64,000 bases of DNA from a bacterium (GTDB lineage Bacteria > Zhuqueibacterota > Zhuqueibacteria > Residuimicrobiales > Krinioviventaceae), in the NCBI GenBank assembly GCA_963675755.2, contig CAXXMD010000002.1:1248001-1312000 (forward strand), in the 5' to 3' direction. The notes below the pieces were generated by a model, which ran no database searches, had not been told where the DNA came from, and worked only from the letters and a program-made list of their open reading frames with translations. Positions within the stretch are counted from its first letter, which is position 1. Each line of letters starts with the position of its first letter. The position numbers and the translations under genes are program-made. Positions 20,317-29,752 of the stretch are shown here, piece by piece.

Positions 20317-21303
20317 TCAATCTATTTCAGGTTTTGTATGTTCCTTGCGAAATGCAAAAATAATCCCGCCGGGTATTGTTGCAATTATACCTACCAGATA
20401 AGCAATAAATTCAAATGCAACTACCCTGGCCGAAGCAATACCCACCTGAGCAAACAAGGTAACTCCACTTTGTTCTCTTACACCAATACCGCCAAGTGAA
20501 ATGGGCAAACTTGCTGCCATTGCCACAATCGGGATAAAAATAAAGAAATAATAACCATCAATATTGACACCCACCGAACGAGCAGCAAACAGATGGGTTA
20601 GTATCCTCAAAGATTGAACACCAATTGCAATTACAAATATTTCAATCAACATCATCTTGTTATGTCTGAATTCATTCAGAGCATAATACAATTCTTTGAG
20701 TTTACTGGTCAGTATTTTGGGAAGCACCAGTTTGAATAAAAATGAAAATTTTCTGGCAACATCTTCACGAAATAATAAATACAGGCCAAATATCCAAACC
20801 ATAAAAACAATACCAATGGTCAATACAGTCAATTGGGATGACAGCCGTTGTAACCAGATCAGAGTAACAATCATTGCCAGAGAAGTCAGTGCAAAAAATC
20901 CAACAAACCGATCAAAAAATACGGTTGAAATTGCACTGTTGGTATCTCCGGACAACTTGTGTATATCATAGATCCTAAAAGCGTCACCACCAACATAACC
21001 GATTAAAAAATTATTAAAGAACAAACCGACGTGATAATATTTAATCGCTTTCCAGAGTGAAATGTTCACTTTTTTTGATTTTAACAGTAAAAACCATTGA
21101 AAAGCGCCTAAAACATTACTAATCATAAAAGTTAAAATACTCGTTATGATCCAAAAGGGATTGGCAGTAGTGATGTGCAAAAGCAACTGATGCACACCAA
21201 TACGTGCCATTAAAAAAATCAAAAGAGCAACACTAATACAAACTTTGAGAACTGTAACTAAAACCTGACGAGTACTCTGTTTCTTGCTTTGATCTGCGGC
21301 CAA
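20317..21303 (-). CDS. LPG-synthase TM domain / flippase-like membrane protein (UPF0104)
   Basis: Multi-TM, with motifs GLFFNNFLIGYVGGDAFR, VFFDR and LPISLGGIGVRE. Confidence 0.85.
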   Translation of the reverse strand: MAADQSKKQSTRQVLVTVLKVCISVALLIFLMARIGVHQLLLHITTANPFWIITSILTFMISNVLGAFQWFLLLKSKKVNISLWKAIKYYHVGLFFNNFLIGYVGGDAFRIYDIHKLSGDTNSAISTVFFDRFVGFFALTSLAMIVTLIWLQRLSSQLTVLTIGIVFMVWIFGLYLLFREDVARKFSFLFKLVLPKILTSKLKELYYALNEFRHNKMMLIEIFVIAIGVQSLRILTHLFAARSVGVNIDGYYFFIFIPIVAMAASLPISLGGIGVREQSGVTLFAQVGIASARVVAFEFIAYLVGIIATIPGGIIFAFRKEHTKPEID

Positions 21304-21325
21304 CCGTACATTCCTTTACTAAAGG

Positions 21326-23992
21326 TTAGTTTTGAACGGTTATACTGTCACTGCCTGCCGCACTTGCCTCGTTTAACAACTGTTTTTCAGATTCAAGTTT
21401 GCGCTTTGCTTCAGGATCATCAGGATGTTTAACAATCCAGTCTTCGAGTAATTCAATTGCTCTATCATGCATTCCTTCACGACTGTACAATTGTACCAGA
21501 GTACCCACTACATAGGTATTGTCTGGTTCATTTCTCATGGCCCATTCCGCTTTTTCAATAAATTTGTCAGTTTTACCTGCACGTTCATAGAGCAAGCCAA
21601 TCTGAATGGGTAATCTTACATCTGGTGGCGGAATAACATCATCGGGCATTACCGTATCCATTTTATCCAGTACGGTTAACAGATTTTCATAATCACGATT
21701 ACTGTTATAATATGAAGCCAACTGCAAAAATGCTGCACGATAATTCTGCAATAAACCTTTGGTATTATCGTTCAAATAAACATCAGGATCATTCAATCCA
21801 CGATATTGAAAAGTTTCAAGCATGTTTTTATGCAGGTTTCTGGCCATCACATCTTCATCCGGTTTTGGAGTTACTTCAAAACACATACCGTCCATTCTCA
21901 TATATTTATCGAGATTGATCTTGTTCTGGTTGGAAACGGTAACCGCAAAATAGACCGGTTTTTGCCATCTGTTGGCATATAAAATATTCAGGATCATAAA
22001 GTCCTGTACACGGATACCCTGGCCCATTATAGTGGGTTTTACAGTAAACGTAATTTCAGAAGGAATGCTGGTACCATCAAATTGTTCCAGTTCCTTGGTT
22101 TCTTTGATATCACTCAACAAATTCTGCCGTTTCTGTTCCGGTACGGGAATAGAGATGGTTCTATCAGACCAGGGCATAACCTGCAATGCATCAATGTCCC
22201 TATCTGGTAAAGAAATCGGTACTTTGGGATCTTCATATTTGAGCTGTTTAATATACCAGGGAGTATTCAACAGACTCAGGTTTACAACGCGCACATCGGT
22301 ACGGATACCATAAACATATTGCAAAAACCAAAGTGGAAACGTATCATTATCACCATTGGTGAACAGGATAGCGTCTTTTTCACAGGTTTGCAAAATATTA
22401 TAAGAATAATCATAAGCCACATAATTACCGGTACGATCATGATCCTGGTAATTGTTAGCCAGTAAATTAATTGGAGCAACCAGTAACAATACTGCTGCTG
22501 TTGCTACCGATAATCCGCGCCTTAATGTCTGCTTGTCTCTGAAACTTTCCTGAATCATCTCAAGCAAGGCAGTAACGCCCATTCCGATCCATATAGCAAA
22601 TATAAAGAACGACCCCACAAAGACATAGTCCCTTTCGCGTGGCTGCGGGTCCTCCTGATTTAAATAGATGACAATAGCAATACCCGTTAGAATAAAGAAC
22701 GCGGTTAGAGACATGGCATGCCGCCAATGTCGATAAAAATGATGTATCATCCCCACAAGTCCAAGAAATAACGGCAGCCCCAATAATCCATTAAAGGATA
22801 GGGTCTCCACAATGTATCCGTCAGATCCAATAGTGTTGCCTTTACCGGCAAACTGCCAGAAAAAGTAGCGGAAATACATTTTCTTTATCTGATAATTCCA
22901 CATAAAATCCATTTGCTGTGACCAGTTAAAGGTCTTGTAGCTTTGACGAGGATATTGTTGTTCGAATTGCCATTCCGGCGGTAGTCCGGGGAATCTGCGA
23001 GGAAACGTACTCCAGGTTCCATACTGTTCACGATTCAGATAACTTACCATTTGTTTGGTGGTTTCAGGATCATTTTCATCAATTTTAGGATCTAATCCGG
23101 AACGAATATAAATCATGGAATAGGTTGAATATCCCATAATCACCAACACTGCGGACATGAGCGCAAGACTGGCAATTTTCATTTTATTTTTAACTACATA
23201 AAATACCGCGGCGAACAAAATCAATATCAATGCCAATACAGCCCAAAGTGAAAACGAACCAGCCAAGCGTGGAATATATTGTACAACACCGGGATAAATA
23301 GCAGCAAAGATACCAACGGTTATGAGGCCAAATATTGCAAAGTTGGTAAAGGTAATTTTTTCATTTCGGCGTTCCAGGTAGCGAAAATAAACAATCATAA
23401 AGACAGCGGGTAATGCTAGAATCATTAACAAATGCACACCAATTGCAAGACCTACCGTATAAGCGATGAACAAAATATAACGCTCAGCACCGGGTTCATC
23501 AGATTTTTCAAGCCATACCATAATCAACCACAGAATGATTGAAGTAAAAAACATACTGATAGCGTAAACTTCGGCTTCTACTGCATTGAACCAGAATGTA
23601 TCAGTAAATGCAAATGCCAGTGCACCAATCAGGCCGCTGGCTACCAGGGTAAAAATATCTTCACCACTCTTGGGTTCGCCACGCCATTGTTTTACCAGGC
23701 GTACAATGATCAAATAGGTAAGCATTACGGTTGCGGCAGATGTTAATGCAGAAATAAAATTAACCCGCAAACCTATATCCGTAGCAAAGGGAATCATGCT
23801 GAAAATACGTCCCAACAACAGATAAAACGGCGCACCCGGAGGATGAGGAATACCTAAAATATAAGAACAGGTAATAAATTCACCACAGTCCCATAGCGAC
23901 ACAGTTGGCGCAATGGTTCTGAGATAAATAATGATTGAAAACAAAAAAGAAACACCGGCGAACACCCGGTTAATCAACTTAAAGTTCTTCAT
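21326..23992 (-). CDS. DUF2723/TMEM260-like GT-C membrane glycosyltransferase with C-terminal TPR-like region
   Basis: Motifs WDCGEF, LGIPHPPGAPFYLLLGR, FWFNAVEAEVY, YLNREQYG, QPRERDY, FTNGDNDTFPLW and NLSLLNTPWY. Confidence 0.92.
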   Translation of the reverse strand: MKNFKLINRVFAGVSFLFSIIIYLRTIAPTVSLWDCGEFITCSYILGIPHPPGAPFYLLLGRIFSMIPFATDIGLRVNFISALTSAATVMLTYLIIVRLVKQWRGEPKSGEDIFTLVASGLIGALAFAFTDTFWFNAVEAEVYAISMFFTSIILWLIMVWLEKSDEPGAERYILFIAYTVGLAIGVHLLMILALPAVFMIVYFRYLERRNEKITFTNFAIFGLITVGIFAAIYPGVVQYIPRLAGSFSLWAVLALILILFAAVFYVVKNKMKIASLALMSAVLVIMGYSTYSMIYIRSGLDPKIDENDPETTKQMVSYLNREQYGTWSTFPRRFPGLPPEWQFEQQYPRQSYKTFNWSQQMDFMWNYQIKKMYFRYFFWQFAGKGNTIGSDGYIVETLSFNGLLGLPLFLGLVGMIHHFYRHWRHAMSLTAFFILTGIAIVIYLNQEDPQPRERDYVFVGSFFIFAIWIGMGVTALLEMIQESFRDKQTLRRGLSVATAAVLLLVAPINLLANNYQDHDRTGNYVAYDYSYNILQTCEKDAILFTNGDNDTFPLWFLQYVYGIRTDVRVVNLSLLNTPWYIKQLKYEDPKVPISLPDRDIDALQVMPWSDRTISIPVPEQKRQNLLSDIKETKELEQFDGTSIPSEITFTVKPTIMGQGIRVQDFMILNILYANRWQKPVYFAVTVSNQNKINLDKYMRMDGMCFEVTPKPDEDVMARNLHKNMLETFQYRGLNDPDVYLNDNTKGLLQNYRAAFLQLASYYNSNRDYENLLTVLDKMDTVMPDDVIPPPDVRLPIQIGLLYERAGKTDKFIEKAEWAMRNEPDNTYVVGTLVQLYSREGMHDRAIELLEDWIVKHPDDPEAKRKLESEKQLLNEASAAGSDSITVQN

Positions 23993-24007
23993 TATGGATC
24001 TCCGATA

Positions 24008-25126
24008 CTAATTAATTACATCCTCCATGATTCTCACAGCCGTCTCTGCGGACTGGTCCCAACTAAATTTTTGAACCCAATGTAAGGAATTTTTTGATAA
24101 ATTTTGCCTTATTTTTTCATTTTTCAACAGAAAAATCATCTTTTCCTGCAATTTTTCAACATTTCCAAAAGGATACAGGTATCCGGTTTCGGTATCAACC
24201 ACAGAATCCCACAACCCGGGTGAATCTGCTGCAATAACCGGGGTACCACAGGCATTTGCCTCGATAACCGTCAATCCCCAACCTTCTTTGGGTGATGGAT
24301 TAACAGCAAACCACATTTTATTCAACCACTCCACTTTTACCTCATGTGGAACAAAACCGGTAAAAGTAATCTTTTCTGCAACACCCAATTCATTTGCCAA
24401 GATCTCTAATTGGGGTTGATAGTCTCCTCCTCCCATTATAACAAAACGGGTTTCAGGAACCGCCTCAATTACCGCGGGCATTGCTTTTACAAAATGCTCA
24501 ACCTGCTTGTACTTTTTCAAACGTCCCAGATAACCCACTAGAGGTGTCTGACTTTTTAATATCTCATCATATTTATAATCATTCAATTCAACGGCATTAT
24601 ACAGTAGATCTATTTTGCTTTTCACACCGGAATTCAGCAACTCTTGCCGGGTACTTTCCGAAACCACGGCAAAAGGAGTGTTTCTATATACAAATGGTAC
24701 AAGTTTCTCTGAATAATAAACATAACTCGCAGGGATAAAAAAAGTTTCCATAAAAATACTTTTGCCAAACAGGTGGTGCTCAATAGCAAGCAAAGGTTTC
24801 TTGACGTAATAGGGAGTATAAAATGGAATCTTGTTAATATCATCTATAACAATATCATAATCATGTTTTTTTAAAAGCTTTTTGTACATAAACGGTACAT
24901 AAAAATTGAACAAATTTCGTGAACCCGCACGCACAATTCGGATTCCATCAAGTTCTTCATACTCGGCAGCACCAGGATATTTACAACACAACAACGTTAC
25001 CTTGTGCCCCAAAGCGGCAACACGCTTAAATATCTCATGAAAATGGACTTCTGCTCCCCCGCCAAAGGGATTGGTAATATCCTGCCAGTTGATAACCAGT
25101 ATGTTCAAAGGTTTACTTTTTGTCAA
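24008..25126 (-). CDS. GT4 family glycosyltransferase
   Basis: Motifs GGGAE, YLGRLKKYK and EGWGLTVIEANACGTPVI (EX7E). Confidence 0.92.
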   Translation of the reverse strand: MTKSKPLNILVINWQDITNPFGGGAEVHFHEIFKRVAALGHKVTLLCCKYPGAAEYEELDGIRIVRAGSRNLFNFYVPFMYKKLLKKHDYDIVIDDINKIPFYTPYYVKKPLLAIEHHLFGKSIFMETFFIPASYVYYSEKLVPFVYRNTPFAVVSESTRQELLNSGVKSKIDLLYNAVELNDYKYDEILKSQTPLVGYLGRLKKYKQVEHFVKAMPAVIEAVPETRFVIMGGGDYQPQLEILANELGVAEKITFTGFVPHEVKVEWLNKMWFAVNPSPKEGWGLTVIEANACGTPVIAADSPGLWDSVVDTETGYLYPFGNVEKLQEKMIFLLKNEKIRQNLSKNSLHWVQKFSWDQSAETAVRIMEDVIN

Positions 25127-25129
25127 AGA

Positions 25130-25909
25130 TCAAACCTTTTTCTTTTTACCAATGATACCAATGTCCATAAATGTATACAAGGCAAAGCGGGTTTTGGCAA
25201 ACGTCTTTTCGAAAGACTTGACAAGTGGAGATAATACCGGAACCGGTTTGGGATACAAAGGTAGCTGAATACCCACTTTTTTCATCACTTCACGCAATGA
25301 ACGATAAAAAAAGCTGGGACGCATCCAGTCTCCATAGGATTTATGGATATCGAAACCCAATCCTTTGAACATTTTACCGAGCTGTCCAATTGAAAATTCA
25401 GTTTCCCAACCGGCAAACCACTTGTTCATCCAGATGAGTATATGCTTAACAACCGTATATAAATGATATCGTTGTGGTACATCTGCCAGTGTATAACCAC
25501 CGGGTTTTATTACCCTGTGATTTTCTGCCAGAATATCCTGGGGATTGGTAAAATGCTCAAGTAATCCTTGATGATATACCAGATCCAAGGCATCGGTTTT
25601 AAACGGCAATTGAAAGGCATCGCCCTGCACCAGAATTACAGGTTTATTAAATTCCTGTGCCAGCTTTTTCAAAACATCAAGCGAACTCTGCGCATAATCG
25701 AGCAATATGACTTTGGCACCCATATCCACAAGTTTAAATCCATCGCGACCTGAGCCGGCACCAATTTCCATTACCCATTTATCTTGCATGGAACCCAATT
25801 CCCGAATCTGATTAATAATCCGGTCATTGTTAGAATATACATTATGTATATCTTTTTTATCTTCCCAAAAATCTTCCCAAACTTGTCTACTGTGTTTTCC
25901 CATTTCCAT
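25130..25909 (-). CDS. Class I SAM-dependent methyltransferase
   Basis: Motifs MEIGAGSG, GDAFQLPF, GLLEHF and RVIKPGG. Confidence 0.9.
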   Translation of the reverse strand: MEMGKHSRQVWEDFWEDKKDIHNVYSNNDRIINQIRELGSMQDKWVMEIGAGSGRDGFKLVDMGAKVILLDYAQSSLDVLKKLAQEFNKPVILVQGDAFQLPFKTDALDLVYHQGLLEHFTNPQDILAENHRVIKPGGYTLADVPQRYHLYTVVKHILIWMNKWFAGWETEFSIGQLGKMFKGLGFDIHKSYGDWMRPSFFYRSLREVMKKVGIQLPLYPKPVPVLSPLVKSFEKTFAKTRFALYTFMDIGIIGKKKKV

Positions 25910-25915
25910 CCAAAT

Positions 25916-26194
25916 CTATTTCTTGTTTTTTTCTGATACGTATATGGTTTGCAGTTCTGTTAACGCATTGGTCAGGAACTGTTTCTCTTCTTTTTCCAGA
26001 TTGTTTTCAGTTTTCATTTTCAGCATTTCAAGTAAATCGATATAGTTTTCAGCCTGCTCAAGGTCTACTGTCATTTCATCAGTCATTGGGTTTTCCTGTT
26101 GACCCAGATTTTGCAATGCAGCAGTCTGCATGCTGTAAACCAAATTCAGAAACAACATTTTGTAAATCTCGCTTTTATCCCGGTTTTTTGACAT
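25916..26194 (-). CDS. DUF1844 family small protein
   Basis: Pattern LG...NPMT...VDLEQA...IDLLEMLKMKTENNL..EE..FL..ALTELQ..YV. Confidence 0.8.
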   Translation of the reverse strand: MSKNRDKSEIYKMLFLNLVYSMQTAALQNLGQQENPMTDEMTVDLEQAENYIDLLEMLKMKTENNLEKEEKQFLTNALTELQTIYVSEKNKK

Positions 26195-26212
26195 TTTAAA
26201 ACCTCCGTTTTA

Positions 26213-28312
26213 TTATGCTACCCATGCCAGGTCAAATTTTTCATTATAGGTCCTGACAAAATGGTGCCGGGTACCAAGATCAGTATCCAATTTCAACTGT
26301 GGATCTTTTTGCACCAGTTGAAACGCTTCTTTCCGGGCCTTGTGTAAAAGGTCCATATCTTTAACAATATCTGCAATTTTCAATTCGGGGAACCCATGCT
26401 GCTTTGTTCCAAAAAACTCACCGGGTCCTCGTAATTCCAAATCGATCTCGGCTATCTTGAATCCATCATTGGTCATGGCCATAGTATCAAGGCGTTTTCT
26501 GGCTTCCACGGATAATTGTCCATATCCTATCAAAATACACCAGGATTGCTTTTCACCGCGTCCAACTCGTCCACGCAACTGGTGCAGCTGGGTTAAGCCA
26601 AAACGTTCGGCATGTTCTATCAACATGATAGTTGCATTGGGGACATTCACACCAACCTCAATCACCGTGGTACTCACAAGGACTTGAATATCACCCTTTT
26701 TAAAAGCAGCCATTACCGCTTCTTTTTCTTCGCTTTTCATTCGACCGTGCAACAAACCCAATCGATAATCTTTGAAAAACGTGGTACTCATAATCTCATA
26801 ACTATCGGTAGCAGCTTTTAAATCCGACTTTTCTGTCTCTTCCACCAATGGAAAGACAATATAAACCTGCGAACCTTTGGCTACCTGGTCCCGAACAAAA
26901 TGATACACTTTGGAACGAGACCGTTCCTGCCGCCATTCTGTAACAATGGGCTTTCTTCCTGCAGGCAGTTCATCTATAATCGATACATCCAGATCACCAT
27001 AAACAGTCATGGACAACGTCCGGGGAATTGGAGTTGCCGTCATGACAAGAACATCAGGATTGATTGCTTTTTCCATAAGCTTTGCACGCTGCATTACACC
27101 AAAACGGTGCTGCTCGTCAATGATCACAAGTCCCAAATTCTGAAAATCAACAGTTTCCTGTATCAGTGCGTGCGTACCAACTATTATATGCGCTTGCTGT
27201 GTAGCAATTGCTTCAAGTACTTCCTGGCGAACCGCTTTGCTTTGTCCACCTACCAACAAGACGGCTTTAACTCCGATAGAATCCAGCATTTCATGGATTG
27301 TAAGGTAGTGCTGCTCTGCCAGAATTTCAGTTGGCGCCATAATAGCAGCCTGGTAATGGTTTTCTACAGCAATCAGCATGCTGATAATGGCTACCATGGT
27401 CTTTCCTGAACCTACATCACCCTGTAATAAACGATTCATGGAACGGGGACTCTTCATATCCGCACGAATCTCGTGGATCACACGTTTCTGGGCATCAGTC
27501 AGTTCAAAAGGCAGATTGTCAACCAACGTTTTTACCCGGTCTCCAACCTGTGTAAACTGAATACCGCCACGGCCATCCGAGTAATGGGTTTTCCGTAACG
27601 CAACCAGCAGTTCCATAAAGAACAACTCGTCAAACTTTAACCTTTTACTCGCTTCAGCTTTAACCTCATGACTCACAGGAAAATGGATTTGCTCAAGCGC
27701 GTCTGCCAGTCCCATTAACTTTTGGCGTTCAAGAATATCTTGCGGTATAGTCTCTCGTATGCTTTTTTTATAAAGCTTGATCAGATCAACCATCTGTCGC
27801 CGAAAACCACGACTGTCAAATTTGGTCTTTGTCAGGGCATCCGTAGAAGGATAAAGTGGTATAATTTTACCGGTGTGTATCAACTCTCCTTCCGCCTGAT
27901 TGCCCAGCATATCAAACTCGGGATGTACCATCTGCATACCGTCAAATCGGGTTACTTTGCCGCTGAATGCGTACCAGTCTCCTGGCTTGAACAATCGCTG
28001 CCAGATGGTAAACTTGCTGAACCAGATACAGGTCAGATACGATGTTCCATCAGTCACATACAAATGGAACCGATTCCGTTTACCGCGAACAAGCTCGTAT
28101 TTCACAACACGACCAATAATGGTTGCTTCCTGACCGTTTTTCAACTGGGCAATTTTGCCAATATAAGACCGGTCCAGATACCGTCTTGGGAAATAGTAGA
28201 AAAAGTCGATGATCTGATAGATACCCACTTTATTCAAAGCGGCTGCACGCTTGGGCCCAATGCTGGGTAACTTTTCAATGGGCTCGTTTAATATGGATGC
28301 AGCCTGGGTCAT
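26213..28312 (-). CDS. recG: ATP-dependent DNA helicase RecG
   Basis: Motifs QGDVGSGKT, IIDEQHRFG, MTATPIPRT, QLHQLRGRVGRG and RGPGE. Confidence 0.98.
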   Translation of the reverse strand: MTQAASILNEPIEKLPSIGPKRAAALNKVGIYQIIDFFYYFPRRYLDRSYIGKIAQLKNGQEATIIGRVVKYELVRGKRNRFHLYVTDGTSYLTCIWFSKFTIWQRLFKPGDWYAFSGKVTRFDGMQMVHPEFDMLGNQAEGELIHTGKIIPLYPSTDALTKTKFDSRGFRRQMVDLIKLYKKSIRETIPQDILERQKLMGLADALEQIHFPVSHEVKAEASKRLKFDELFFMELLVALRKTHYSDGRGGIQFTQVGDRVKTLVDNLPFELTDAQKRVIHEIRADMKSPRSMNRLLQGDVGSGKTMVAIISMLIAVENHYQAAIMAPTEILAEQHYLTIHEMLDSIGVKAVLLVGGQSKAVRQEVLEAIATQQAHIIVGTHALIQETVDFQNLGLVIIDEQHRFGVMQRAKLMEKAINPDVLVMTATPIPRTLSMTVYGDLDVSIIDELPAGRKPIVTEWRQERSRSKVYHFVRDQVAKGSQVYIVFPLVEETEKSDLKAATDSYEIMSTTFFKDYRLGLLHGRMKSEEKEAVMAAFKKGDIQVLVSTTVIEVGVNVPNATIMLIEHAERFGLTQLHQLRGRVGRGEKQSWCILIGYGQLSVEARKRLDTMAMTNDGFKIAEIDLELRGPGEFFGTKQHGFPELKIADIVKDMDLLHKARKEAFQLVQKDPQLKLDTDLGTRHHFVRTYNEKFDLAWVA

Positions 28313-28323
28313 AATCCTGATAT

Positions 28324-29676
28324 TTATTTAAAAAGAACAGTATATTCAAATTGAGTTTCGCCATTCGCTGGCACTTTGATCTCAAACTCTACCTTGTGCG
28401 CTTCTTTTTTAGAAATTTTTGGGGTATCACCAATAAATTCCCAATCACCCCAAAGATTTTCTACAACATAAACAGTTACAGCCTCATCCTTGTGGTTACG
28501 CAGTTTAATGCGTACCGTTTGCTGCCGGCTTTCACGTCCAATTTTCTTGGTATCTACAACAATACGTTCACCAACAATATCAAACGCATCTCCAAGGTAT
28601 ATACGTACAGTTTCATCCTTGGGAGTATGGTCAATTGTATCTTCTCCAATAAACTCTTGAGATCCATCAACATCGGTTTTATACACCCGAATCTTGCCTT
28701 TTGGCAGCGGCATACCCAAACCATTATCTTTACTATTTTTCATCTCAAGGGTAACATTGACCTTGTTTTGCCTGTTGCCGTTAAAAGTATATATCTTTTT
28801 TACATCGGCACCGGCCGGGGGAAACAAAGAAAGTTGTTTAATTTGACGATCTTTGATTGTAGCGGGGCGTTGAAGCGTATATAAATGGTATTCAAAAAAG
28901 GATTTTTCTTCAAATTGCGGTTCAGCAGCTGCATATAAAACATCAGCTTTGGCCATACGGTCATAATTACGACGAGATTCGGGTTGTTCAATATTCACAT
29001 CACCTGCGACCAGTTTTAACTTGGCATTCTCATAGATTGCTCCGGAATTGTTTTCAACAGAAACCCAGCCACTCATGTTCAGTGCTGTATCATCCGTATT
29101 TACCACAGCAACATACTCGGCATGCCAGTTGATGCCCCGTGTAAGATAGCTGATCTGAGCATTATAATCACCTGTTTTGGGAGAGTCGAGCAGCCAAACC
29201 AGTGTTGGCCGGGTTATCAATCCATCAGATAATGAGGGAAATTCTACACTTTCAAGTGAAGTGGATTTTAATGCTTTTATCGTTCCATCAGATGTCTGAA
29301 CGATAATATCACCACCCATTGCACTCAGCAAAGTGCCATTTATGGTTCCACCGTCTTTGATGGTTGCAACAATATTCTGGTCAATATACTTTTCCAGCAA
29401 TCTGTTTGTACCAACCAGATCATATTCATAGTTTTGCTCAAGCATGTTTACACTATTATTGCCTGAAACAGCCTTGAAATGCACAGATGTAGCATCAATT
29501 TGTGATGCTACATTGGTAAACCGAAAAGGTTTTACACCTTTTTCAAGAGATACATTACGAGAATCTCTTACAAGTGCCAAATTATCATTATATATTGTTA
29601 CTGCCATATCATTAGCAAAAACAACCGCAGCAGACAGCAATAACAGCATAATTATAATTCCTTTTACTGTTTTCAT
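28324..29676 (-). CDS. DUF4139 domain secreted protein
   Basis: Signal peptide, with VTIYNDNLALVRD, LEQNYEYDL, SYLTRGINWHAEY, FFEYHLY and GLGMPLPKG. Confidence 0.82.
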   Translation of the reverse strand: MKTVKGIIIMLLLLSAAVVFANDMAVTIYNDNLALVRDSRNVSLEKGVKPFRFTNVASQIDATSVHFKAVSGNNSVNMLEQNYEYDLVGTNRLLEKYIDQNIVATIKDGGTINGTLLSAMGGDIIVQTSDGTIKALKSTSLESVEFPSLSDGLITRPTLVWLLDSPKTGDYNAQISYLTRGINWHAEYVAVVNTDDTALNMSGWVSVENNSGAIYENAKLKLVAGDVNIEQPESRRNYDRMAKADVLYAAAEPQFEEKSFFEYHLYTLQRPATIKDRQIKQLSLFPPAGADVKKIYTFNGNRQNKVNVTLEMKNSKDNGLGMPLPKGKIRVYKTDVDGSQEFIGEDTIDHTPKDETVRIYLGDAFDIVGERIVVDTKKIGRESRQQTVRIKLRNHKDEAVTVYVVENLWGDWEFIGDTPKISKKEAHKVEFEIKVPANGETQFEYTVLFK

Positions 29677-29752
29677 ATTAAACCCCTCTCCTTTGTTTAA
29701 TAAACATAACTTGTGTTCCTGTCAGTAAAACAACAGGTTTGCTTTATTAAAC

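Noticed and set aside
26340-28270. Plus-strand ORFs up to 182 aa
   Set aside because: They are antisense to recG and show no independent coding signal.
29710-29745. Resemblance to the c-di-GMP-I riboswitch (GCAAACC...GG..CACAAG on the minus strand)
   Set aside because: It lacks the GNRA tetraloop and has no room for the second stem before the ribosome-binding site.
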